A DNA stretch of 64,000 nucleotides from NCBI GenBank assembly GCA_018402015.1, contig JAGYJL010000005.1:7499-71498 (forward strand). Reading direction: 5' to 3'. A program made the position numbers and the translations under genes. A model generated the notes under the pieces. The model was not told where the DNA came from and made no database searches. It was given only the letters and a program-made list of their open reading frames with translations. The stretch comes from Flavobacteriales bacterium. Lineage in GTDB: Bacteria; Bacteroidota; Bacteroidia; UBA10329. Numbering within the stretch: the stretch's first letter is position 1; the number at the start of each line of letters is the position of its first letter. Positions 22,019-30,100 of this stretch are shown here, one piece after another.

Positions 22019-22092
22019 GGCTATGTAGCTCAACTGGATAGAGCACCTCACTACGGATGAGGAGGTTCGGGGTTCGAATCCCTGCATGGTCA
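22019..22092 (+). tRNA. tRNA-Arg (anticodon ACG), CCA not encoded
   Basis: Cloverleaf: acceptor GGCTATG/CATGGTC, D arm GCTC/GAGC, anticodon arm CCTCA-CTACGGA-TGAGG, T arm CGGGG-TTCGAAT-CCCTG. Confidence 0.97.
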
Positions 22093-22109
22093 CAGCAAAA
22101 GGAAGGAGG
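22064..22109 (+). repeat. attL: 46-bp direct repeat (3' part of tRNA-Arg plus downstream bases)
   Basis: ggttcggggttcgaatccctgcatggtcacagcaaaaggaaggagg, identical to 25648-25693. Confidence 0.93.
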
Positions 22110-22126
22110 CAGCAGCCTCCTTTTTT
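22105..22126 (+). terminator. tRNA terminator
   Basis: ggaggc-agca-gcctcc followed by T6. Confidence 0.8.
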
Positions 22127-22159
22127 ATTGCCCTGCTTTAGCCATAGCGGAAGTTTACC

Positions 22160-22324
22160 ATCGGGCTTTTCGGTAGCCGAATCATCATGGAGAAATTGAA
22201 CTATGTCCATCAGGATCCGGTCGAATCGCATCTTGTGCAATTTCCTGAACAGTATATTTACAGTAGCGCAGTGAACTATGCCGATGGCATCGGTCTGCTG
22301 GAAGTTGAACGCATTGGATATTGA
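22160..22324 (+). pseudogene. C-terminal remnant of a REP-associated tyrosine transposase (RAYT, IS200/Y1 HUH family)
   Basis: Hand translation: IGLFGSRIIMEKLNYVHQDPVESHLVQFPEQYIYSSAVNYADGIGLLEVERIGY*. Matches the RAYT tail pattern KLxYIHxNPV..GLV..PE.Y.YSSA..Y.G..GLL. An in-frame stop lies at 22145 and the N-terminal HUH region is absent. Confidence 0.8.
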
Positions 22325-22376
22325 AATGAGAGCTATGGATGCTTTAGGAATGATGAATGCTTCGGAGATCAGTCAA

Positions 22377-22396
22377 ATCCCGATAGCTATCGGGAT
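22377..22396. repeat. Perfect 20-bp palindrome
   Basis: ATCCCGATAGCTATCGGGAT equals its own reverse complement. Confidence 0.85.
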
Positions 22397-22412
22397 GATC
22401 GTACCAAGTTCC

Positions 22413-22448
22413 ACACAAGACATCCTGTGGAAGTCTTGCGTGATCGGG
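22413..22448 (+). repeat. REP-like hairpin downstream of the RAYT remnant
   Basis: aca-caagac-atcctgtggaa-gtcttg-cgtgatcggg; 6-bp stem about 90 bp after the RAYT stop. Confidence 0.45.
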
Positions 22449-22507
22449 TGTTCTTTGTGCAATGACCTAAGATTGCTGCAAACAGCACGACTGCTTAAGA
22501 CACGGGA

Positions 22508-24016
22508 ATGAGAGCCGTGAGAACCATAGCGGGATCAATTATTGCCTTGCTGATATTTACGAAATGTCAGGTTCAGGCGCAGCCTATCCGGTTTTCGGAA
22601 CATTACGACCTGAACAATGGAGCCGGAGGCTTCTTGTCCGGGATCCATCTGGGAAATGATACGCTGCTTGTGGTCGGCTATAGTCTCAACCTGTCAACCA
22701 ACAGTGGGTACGATGAGGGGCATCATATAGTGATCGGATCGGAAGGCGAACTTATACATGAACACCAGTTGAGTGCACAACAGATAAGTTACAAGACCAA
22801 CAACATCATCCGTTCATCCTATTCAGATGCCATATTTTCGGCAGGATCTCATTGCGATTACAATGTGCCAAGCCCCGGCTACTGCGACTTCTACTTCGCT
22901 CGACTGGATGAGACAGGCGACACCCTTTTCACCAAGGTGCTCGCAAGGCCCGATACGAGCGACCTACTTTTGAGCATGGTGGAGACCCGCCCCAACAAGA
23001 TAATGCTCATCGGTTGGACCTACGATGACACCACCGATACCAATGCGGACATACTGCTCATTACCGTAGACACCCTTGGCAACGAGGTGAACAGGGTTGT
23101 TTATGGGGGGGGTGGTACGGATTATATCCATTCGGGTATCGTTATAAATGAAGATGGCGAGGTGTTGATGACGGGATATACGGCAAGTTTTGCCGGGTCG
23201 GATAATGACACCTGGTTGATCAAGACCGACAGCATTGGAAATGTTATCTGGCATCAGACCTATAATCATCTTTCTTCTTCTGGTGGTGACGCGGCATCAA
23301 GTGTAAGCAGGTCAAATGATGGAAACTTTTTTTTGGCAGGAGGAGCTGAGAATTCTTCAAGTGGAAATTCCGATGGTGTTCTTATGAAGATAACACCGGA
23401 TGGAGATCCGGTTTGGACAAAAAAGTACATCCCCAACAGTGGGTCGCAGAGTTTTTGGTCTGTCCAAGTTCTTCCCAACGGGGATATTGTGGCTGTCGGT
23501 CAAACAACTAATACTGATGACGGCAGTCAGGCCGGATGGTTGGTGAAAACCGATGCCAATGGTGACACCCTTTGGACACGCACGTACAACCCTTCTGATG
23601 CCACAGACCTGCTACGCAATATGTTGGTTATGCCCAACGGGGATATTGTGATGGTCGGTTTTGGCCGCGGAGAGAACTCCACCACACAGGATGGCTGGAT
23701 ATTGCGGGTAGATAGCATGGGGTGCTTGGTGGAGGGATGCTTTTCCGTAGGGATTGACGATAGAACGATTGACGATGAACGATTTGCGATTTTTCCAAAT
23801 CCTGCGGAGAACATTTTGAACATCGTTTCAGAACAAGCAATGGAAGAGGTCAGATTGTATGATATGCAAGGCCGCACGGTAAGTTCATTCATTTTGTTGC
23901 GTCAGCAAACCTTGGAGCTTGACGTTTCCGGGCTGAACGCAGGTCTGTTCATTCTGGAGGTGCTTGACACAGAGGGCATCCGCAATGTGAGAAAGGTTAT
24001 TGTTGAAAGGCCATGA
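22508..24016 (+). CDS. T9SS type A sorting domain protein with probable beta-propeller repeats
   Basis: Signal peptide; repeated WL(I/V)KTD..G..(I/L)W..TY blades; CTD IFPNPAENILNI...LYDMQGR...LDVSGLNAGLFILEV...KVIVE. Confidence 0.9.
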   Translation: MRAVRTIAGSIIALLIFTKCQVQAQPIRFSEHYDLNNGAGGFLSGIHLGNDTLLVVGYSLNLSTNSGYDEGHHIVIGSEGELIHEHQLSAQQISYKTNNIIRSSYSDAIFSAGSHCDYNVPSPGYCDFYFARLDETGDTLFTKVLARPDTSDLLLSMVETRPNKIMLIGWTYDDTTDTNADILLITVDTLGNEVNRVVYGGGGTDYIHSGIVINEDGEVLMTGYTASFAGSDNDTWLIKTDSIGNVIWHQTYNHLSSSGGDAASSVSRSNDGNFFLAGGAENSSSGNSDGVLMKITPDGDPVWTKKYIPNSGSQSFWSVQVLPNGDIVAVGQTTNTDDGSQAGWLVKTDANGDTLWTRTYNPSDATDLLRNMLVMPNGDIVMVGFGRGENSTTQDGWILRVDSMGCLVEGCFSVGIDDRTIDDERFAIFPNPAENILNIVSEQAMEEVRLYDMQGRTVSSFILLRQQTLELDVSGLNAGLFILEVLDTEGIRNVRKVIVERP

Positions 24017-24104
24017 GGATTCTGCTGTCAATACAGGTGCACTTATCATTACGCTTGAGGGCGACAGCCAAGACCTTGATAGTGAGACGCTGATGGTGCA
24101 GTAA
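24015..24104 (+). pseudogene. Orphan fragment resembling the last strands of a T9SS type A CTD
   Basis: Translates EDSAVNTGALIITLEGDSQDLDSETLMVQ*, similar in pattern to the preceding gene's tail; no start codon. Confidence 0.4.
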
Positions 24105-24137
24105 CCCCAACAAGGTCGTGTACCTATTGTAAAAACA

Positions 24138-24180
24138 ACAGAAAGCGGAGTTAGGCCCTATGCCTAACTCCGCTTTCTGT
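24138..24180. terminator. Perfect 19-bp-stem hairpin between convergent genes, probably a terminator (mainly for the minus-strand gene)
   Basis: acagaaagcggagttaggc-cctat-gcctaactccgctttctgt, followed by a T-rich run on the minus strand. Confidence 0.85.
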
Positions 24181-24197
24181 ATTACAGACACGTGGTC

Positions 24198-25163
24198 TTA
24201 CGCGGGGGTGATCACCTCCATGTTGTAGCTTCCAGCTATGGCCGGGTCGGTGTTGGTCACGTTGAAGAAACTGCTTGTGGGGTTGCTGAAATCGCTGGCC
24301 TTTCCTTCAATTACAGCTCCGGGGGCAAGCGTAAGCCCATCCACCCCGCAGGCCAAGTTGGCGTCTGTGCTCTCGCAGAAGGTCAATGGCACCGTTCCAG
24401 TGTTGGTAATGATGATGGTGGCATTGGCCGCCATTCCCTGTAGAATATTGACCGTGGATAATGGTTCCACCGTACCGCTGTATTCCTCTTCGATAGGCGG
24501 TTTGCTGGCGTGCTGTTGCAGCAGGCTCACTTCAAAGTAGTTGAAAATGGTGTCGGGCGTCAGTCCGAACTTGTCCATGAGCGAACCGAGGTTACGATAC
24601 ATCATTACAGCAATGTCTTTTCGGGCGGCCTCCAGGTCGGTGCTGGCCTGTGCGCTGGTCTGTTCGCGTGCCTGCTGGGCATCGCGTGCGGCCTTGATGG
24701 TGGTGTAGAACCCATCCACCGTACCTTTGAGTGCGGCCAGTGGGGCATAAGAACCTAACGAGTCGCCAAGGGTCTTAACAGCGGCAATGCGCTCATCCTT
24801 TGTGCCTTGCTGTAGCGGTTCGCGGCCGCTTGGCAGCAAGGTGGTATGTTCTACCGTTCCTTTATCGTACTGCACCATAATGTTGGTGTCCCACTGCCGG
24901 GCCAATGTGGCCGAAAGACTGTCTAGCATGGCATCTACCGTTTGCGTAGCGCCTTTGTAAAAGGCCTGTTCGCTTTTCCAGTTGCTATACCGTTGCAAAT
25001 AAAGATCGTGCACCGGAGTGGTGCGGTTAAGTAAGATGAGAATGTCGGGGTCGGCCTGTTGCGCCAGCAGTTTGGCGTAGTGGTCGTTGGTCACTGTCAG
25101 CATCAGTCGGTAAGAACCAACCGTTGCATTGTCGAACTGATTTTCAAGATAATGCCATTCCAT
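24198..25163 (-). CDS. Uncharacterised 321-aa protein: predicted helical N-terminal ~215 aa plus beta-rich C-terminal ~100 aa
   Basis: Intact ORF with ATG after an A-rich leader and a terminator downstream; amphipathic helical pattern, then Thr/Asn-rich beta strands; no signal peptide. Confidence 0.85.
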   Translation of the reverse strand: MEWHYLENQFDNATVGSYRLMLTVTNDHYAKLLAQQADPDILILLNRTTPVHDLYLQRYSNWKSEQAFYKGATQTVDAMLDSLSATLARQWDTNIMVQYDKGTVEHTTLLPSGREPLQQGTKDERIAAVKTLGDSLGSYAPLAALKGTVDGFYTTIKAARDAQQAREQTSAQASTDLEAARKDIAVMMYRNLGSLMDKFGLTPDTIFNYFEVSLLQQHASKPPIEEEYSGTVEPLSTVNILQGMAANATIIITNTGTVPLTFCESTDANLACGVDGLTLAPGAVIEGKASDFSNPTSSFFNVTNTDPAIAGSYNMEVITPA

Positions 25164-25291
25164 GATCGGTATTTTTAAAGGTTATACCAGCATTAACTGA
25201 GGCCACGATTGGTTTATTTTTTGGCATATTCTGCTTTAACATTTCTTCACAATTGTGCACTACAACCGTGGCGCATGGATGCCCGACAACG

Positions 25292-25585
25292 GAATGGCAC
25301 GCCACAGTTGTTCGGTGCGATCGGCAGCGTAGAGAATGCCACGCCACAGTTGTTCGGTGCGATCGGGAGCGTAGGGAACGGCACGCTACAGATGTTCGGT
25401 CTGATCGGGAGCGTACCGAATGCCACGCCACAGATGTTCGGTGCGATCGGGAGCGTAGGGAATGGCACGGCACAACTGTTTGGTACGATCAGGAGCGTAC
25501 CGAATGGCACGCCACAGTTGTTCGGTGCGATCGGGAGCGTAGAGAATGGCACGGCACAACTGTTTGGTGCGATCGGGAGCGTACA
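25292..25585. repeat. Tandem array of seven 42-bp units, with degenerate in-phase units on both sides
   Basis: Consensus GAATGGCACGCCACAGTTGTTCGGTGCGATCGGGAGCGTANN; units start at 25292, 25334, 25376, 25418, 25460, 25502, 25544. Confidence 0.97.
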
Positions 25586-25647
25586 GAATCCGACTACACT
25601 TAGTTGAAATTGCTTCACCACCAACTGTGCAGAAGTGGCGGTGCGGT

Positions 25648-25693
25648 GGTTCGGGGTTCGAATCCCTGCATGGTCACAGCAAAAGGAAGGAGG
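25648..25693 (+). repeat. attR: duplicated 3' part of tRNA-Arg, followed by a second copy of the terminator
   Basis: Identical to 22064-22109; hairpin ggaggt-tta-gcctcc then T7. Confidence 0.93.
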
Positions 25694-25764
25694 TTTAGCC
25701 TCCTTTTTTTATTCCCACCAATCAAATAACCACTTTATTACATTTGCACGAACAATACGTCTCA

Positions 25765-26298
25765 GTGCAAAAAGCAATCATTCGCATAGGTGTTTTCTCA
25801 GTACTTGTCAGTTTTATGGCTGCTTGTTCATCCAATAAGAACTTGGTGTCGGTATTGGTAGAAGACAAGGCTGGCAATGTAGAGTTGATCTACACCAAAG
25901 CACAGGCCCCGGAAAATCTGGTAAAAGAGATACGTTATTACCCAAATGGCGACACGCTAAGTGTTACTCCAATGCTGAAAGGCGCAGTTAATGGAGTGGT
26001 GAGCAATTATCATAAGAACAACAGACTCAAAGAGCAGATCAGTTTTGTTAATGGTAAGCAGAATGGTGCGTTCAGAAGGTTCGATGCAGAAGGCGTTCTT
26101 GTGTTTGAAGGAAGCTTGGTAGATGGTAAGAAGACTGGCGTTTGGACCACTTGGTATGATGAGGTTCAGATGGAAGAACAGAGAAACTATACTGACGATG
26201 TGCCAGACGGAAAATGGACCTATTGGTACATAGATGGAAGCCCCAAAAGAGAAGAGGTGTACAAAGCTGGCAAGCTCATTGCAGAGAAAGACTTTTAA
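25765..26298 (+). CDS. MORN-variant repeat (YwqK-like) lipoprotein
   Basis: TACATTTG promoter at 25739; lipobox MAAC; repeats G.W..WY..G. Confidence 0.85.
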   Translation: MQKAIIRIGVFSVLVSFMAACSSNKNLVSVLVEDKAGNVELIYTKAQAPENLVKEIRYYPNGDTLSVTPMLKGAVNGVVSNYHKNNRLKEQISFVNGKQNGAFRRFDAEGVLVFEGSLVDGKKTGVWTTWYDEVQMEEQRNYTDDVPDGKWTYWYIDGSPKREEVYKAGKLIAEKDF

Positions 26299-26312
26299 TC
26301 GACCCCATAGTG

Positions 26313-27086
26313 ATGAGATTTTTACTTCCCCTAATATTACTACTGCCACTTGGCACACTTGCACAGGAAACTGTTAAGGAATTTTACGAATCGCGCAGAC
26401 TCAAATCGGTTGCAACCGTTGAAAATGGTCTGAAAAACGGAGTTTATACCGAGTGGCACGAGAACGGCCAGAAGAAAAGCGAAGGCGTTTATAAAGACGG
26501 GAAGAAAGAAGGCAAGTGGCAGGAATGGTATCAGAATGGAAAACTGTGGAACTTAATGCATTTCGAAAATGACATACCGAACGGTCGTTATGTAGATTAC
26601 GATATGAATGGTGCCCAGGTTGAGGAAGGAAATATGCTGAATGGTGTTCCGAATGGCCCTTTTTACACATGGTATAATGATGGCACGGCTAGGAGTGAAG
26701 GTGTTCTAAAGAACGGAATGAAAGTGGAGGTCTGGACCACGTACTACGAGAATGGTGTCAAGAAAGATCAGGGAGAATACAAGATGAACCGCAGGGTAGG
26801 AACTTGGGAAGAATGGCACGAGAACGCTAAAATGAAATCTCGTGGAACCTACTTTGCCGGACTAAAACACGGTAATTGGACCTATTGGTTCAGTAATGGA
26901 AGAAAAGAGAAGGAAGGAGAGTACTTTGAAGATCGCCTAAAAGGCATTTGGAGCCATTGGCACGAGAACGGACAACTGGAAAGTAAAGGCAATTATTTCG
27001 GAGAACAAAAGGTCGGAAATTGGAAGTATTGGAACGCTGATGGCGAGTTGGTGAATCAAGAAACCTTCCCTGTTCCGGAGCAATAG
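26313..27086 (+). CDS. MORN-variant repeat (YwqK-like) secreted protein
   Basis: Signal peptide; about ten repeats of G.W.EWHENG..KSEG.Y..G.K. Confidence 0.9.
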   Translation: MRFLLPLILLLPLGTLAQETVKEFYESRRLKSVATVENGLKNGVYTEWHENGQKKSEGVYKDGKKEGKWQEWYQNGKLWNLMHFENDIPNGRYVDYDMNGAQVEEGNMLNGVPNGPFYTWYNDGTARSEGVLKNGMKVEVWTTYYENGVKKDQGEYKMNRRVGTWEEWHENAKMKSRGTYFAGLKHGNWTYWFSNGRKEKEGEYFEDRLKGIWSHWHENGQLESKGNYFGEQKVGNWKYWNADGELVNQETFPVPEQ

Positions 27087-27166
27087 ATTCCTTCGCTCAG
27101 GCCAACTTGCTTGACTTCAGTATTTTTCACTTTCTTTAGTGCTTGCAAATCAAAGCGAACTAATCT

Positions 27167-30100
27167 GTGAAAAGACTTTTACTCCTCCTCATTACCATAT
27201 TCACTTTCGGGATTCAACAAAGCTCTGCTACCCATATAGTAGGTGGCGAATTGGTATACACATATCTTGGTGCCAGCCAGTACGCTGTTACTCTTGTTGT
27301 TTATAGAGACTGCCTTGGCGGTCAGGCTGCATTCGACAATCCTGCCAATGTGGGTATTTTCGGTGCCAACGGAAATCTGGTTCAGAATCTTAACTTCTCG
27401 TTGGATTCTGTGGTCACCATACAATCCAGCATCAATTCCAGTTGCGTAGTTGCTCCAAACAATGTTTGTACAGAAGCAGGTTACTATACGGAGATAGTTA
27501 CCCTTCCTCCAGTAATTGGCGGTTACACTATTGCGTATCAACGTTGCTGTAGAAATGCCGTAGTTCAGAATATTACCGATCCAGGAGATGTAGGTGCTAC
27601 CTACGTGGCAACTATTCCGGGTAGTGAGTCGCAGCCTGCAAACTCAAGCCCGTTCTGGTCTCAATTACCACCGCTTTACGTGTGTGTCAATCTTCCTTTT
27701 CAGTTCAATCATTCTGCTTTTGATCAAGATGGCGATTCGTTGGTTTACTCCCTTTGCACACCATACGAAGGAGCAAGTTCTGGTGCACCGCAACCCGATC
27801 CTCCAGCTGCCCCACCTTACACTCAAATAACTTGGGAACCACCGTACTCTCTTACCGATATGATGGGCGGACCAGTACCATTGACCATCAACTCAGTTAC
27901 TGGTCAGATCAACGCAACGGCAGATGCTGTAGGAACTTATGTGATCGGTCTTTGTGTACGTGAGTACCGAAATGGTGTTCTCTTAGGGGAGACCAGAAGA
28001 GGGATTCAGGTGAATGTGGTTAATTGCCAAGCACCGGTTGCGATTCCTGATGACGTGAATGAAATAAGTCCCAACTCCTTCATTAACTGTACAGAGTTCG
28101 TAGAATTCAATGCGTTCAATTCTGCTGGATTTGATATCTGGTGGGATTTTGGTGACCCTACCACTACAGCGGATCAAGCAACTACGCAATCTACATCTTG
28201 GACCTATCCTGGACCCGGAACTTATGACCTGACTCTGGTTGTTTATAATCCGATCAATCCTAACGACCCATTATGTACCGATACCGTTGTGCAGCAGGTA
28301 GTAGTTCAGGATACGGTCATTCCAGACGCAGGACCCGATCAGGCAACTTGCCCTGGAATACCTGTTCAGTTAGGTACGGCTCCAATACCGGGTTGGACAT
28401 ACCAATGGAGTCCTTCAACAGGTCTTGATAATCCAAATATTGCTCAACCAACAGCTACCATAACGGGGCCTATCACGTACACGCTTACCGCTTCAGATGC
28501 GGTTGGTTGTACTGGTTCTGATGAAGTGAATATCACGCTTCTGTCAAATGCAAATGCAGACGCTGGCCCGGATGTACAGGTCTGTTCTGGAGATTCCGTT
28601 CAGTTGAATGCTACTGGTGGTGTTGACTACCTATGGATTCCGAATCTGTTCATCGATAACGTCAACATCTCCAACCCGAACGTTTACCCTATTACTACAC
28701 AACCATACATTGTTGCAGTTACCAATTCTGATGGGTGTATCGGAATTGATACGGTAATTGTTGAGGTTCTTTCACCACAACTTACCGTTTCTGCAGACGA
28801 GACCATTTGTTTTGGCGATACCACGCAATTGTCTGCAAGTGGTGCCAATACTTACATATGGTCGCCCAACACCGATATCTCAAATATTAATGTTGCAGAC
28901 CCATTGGTTTGGCCAACTGTAACCACCACGTATTTGGTAGATGCTGTGGATGCCAATGGTTGCGAATTGCAAGGTCCTGTTGTCGTCACGGTTCAAGCTT
29001 TACCTGTAGCTGATGCTGGCCCGGATGCATCTGTTTGTGATGGAGAATCCATCCAATTGAGCGCTTCAGGTGGTACGAACTACACTTGGACTCCAAGTGG
29101 AACACTTAGTAACCCATCCGTTGCTAACCCTATTGCAACACCTACTGCCAATACGGTCTACACCGTCACAGTTTCAGATCAGTTAGGATGCGAGAATGTT
29201 GATTCGGTTGCAATAACGGTTGATCCACTGCCAGTGGCTGATGCAGGTGCGGACGGAATCGTTTGTAATGGAATTGGAGTTCAATTGAATGCTTCTGGTG
29301 GTTCTACCTATTCTTGGTCTCCTGTTATTGGTCTTTCCGATGCTAGTATTTCCAATCCCATTGCGTTGCCAGCTGTTCCTACATCGTACGTTGTCACGGT
29401 AACAGATGCAAACTCATGTACTGCTTCGGATACTGTTTTTGTCGACATTTTTACTGTGGATGCAATTGGAGATACGATTATCTGTATTGACGATGCGGCA
29501 CAATTGGGTGTACTGGGAGGTACAAGCTGGACATGGTCACCAGCCACTGGGCTTTCCGATTCGAATGCGCAATTCCCAACTGCGAATCCAACTACAACAA
29601 CGGTTTACACCGTTCTTGCCGATGATGGAACAGGCTGTCTTGCAACAGATTCTGTTGTGGTTGTGGTCAATCCACTTCCAACGGCCTTTGCTGGTTTTGA
29701 TCAAGGAGTTTGTGCGGGAAGTACAGCTCAGTTGAATGCAACTGGAGGTGTTAGTTACCAATGGACGCCTGCGGCTGGTTTGAGCAATCCGAACATCTCG
29801 AGTCCAGTTGTCACTTTCAGTTCAGATACAGTTACATATGTCGTAATAGTAGCGGATGCCATCGGATGTGTTAATTCAGATACAGTAACGGTTTGGCAAG
29901 AGCCTTTGCCTGATGCGATTGCTGGTCCAGATACAACGATATGTTTCGGGCAGAGCGTTCAACTGTTCTCAGGTGGAGGTGAAACCTACATCTGGGATCC
30001 TACAACAGGATTGAACAATCCGAACATTCAGAATCCAGTTGCATCTCCCGCAACCACTACTACTTACACGGTAACTGTTGGACAAACAACGGGCAATCTC

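Larger units (their letters stand above)
22064..25693. mobile_element. tRNA-Arg-integrated genomic islet (~3.6 kb) with no integrase
   Basis: Flanked by the 46-bp direct repeat; non-housekeeping cargo; right half visibly GC-richer than the flanks. Confidence 0.85.

Noticed and set aside
21992-22511. ORFs 21992-22240 (-) and 22278-22511 (+)
   Set aside because: The first is antisense to the tRNA and the RAYT relic; the second runs through palindromic non-coding sequence.
25292-25585. CRISPR array or TIGR-like guide array
   Set aside because: Units are contiguous and near-identical, with no unique spacer segments; no cas or Nop-domain gene is recognisable in the window.
25144-25624. Four overlapping ORFs across the repeat array (109-132 aa)
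   Set aside because: A stop-free 42-bp unit opens several frames automatically. Starts are weak and there is no synonymous bias in the frame examined, so none is called a CDS, although translation cannot be excluded.
25648-25676. Second tRNA gene
   Set aside because: Only the T arm and 3' acceptor strand are present; it is the attR fragment.
25765-27086. Toxin-antitoxin system suggested by the YwqK-like label
   Set aside because: Both are exported MORN-variant repeat proteins with no adjacent toxin, and they lie outside attR.
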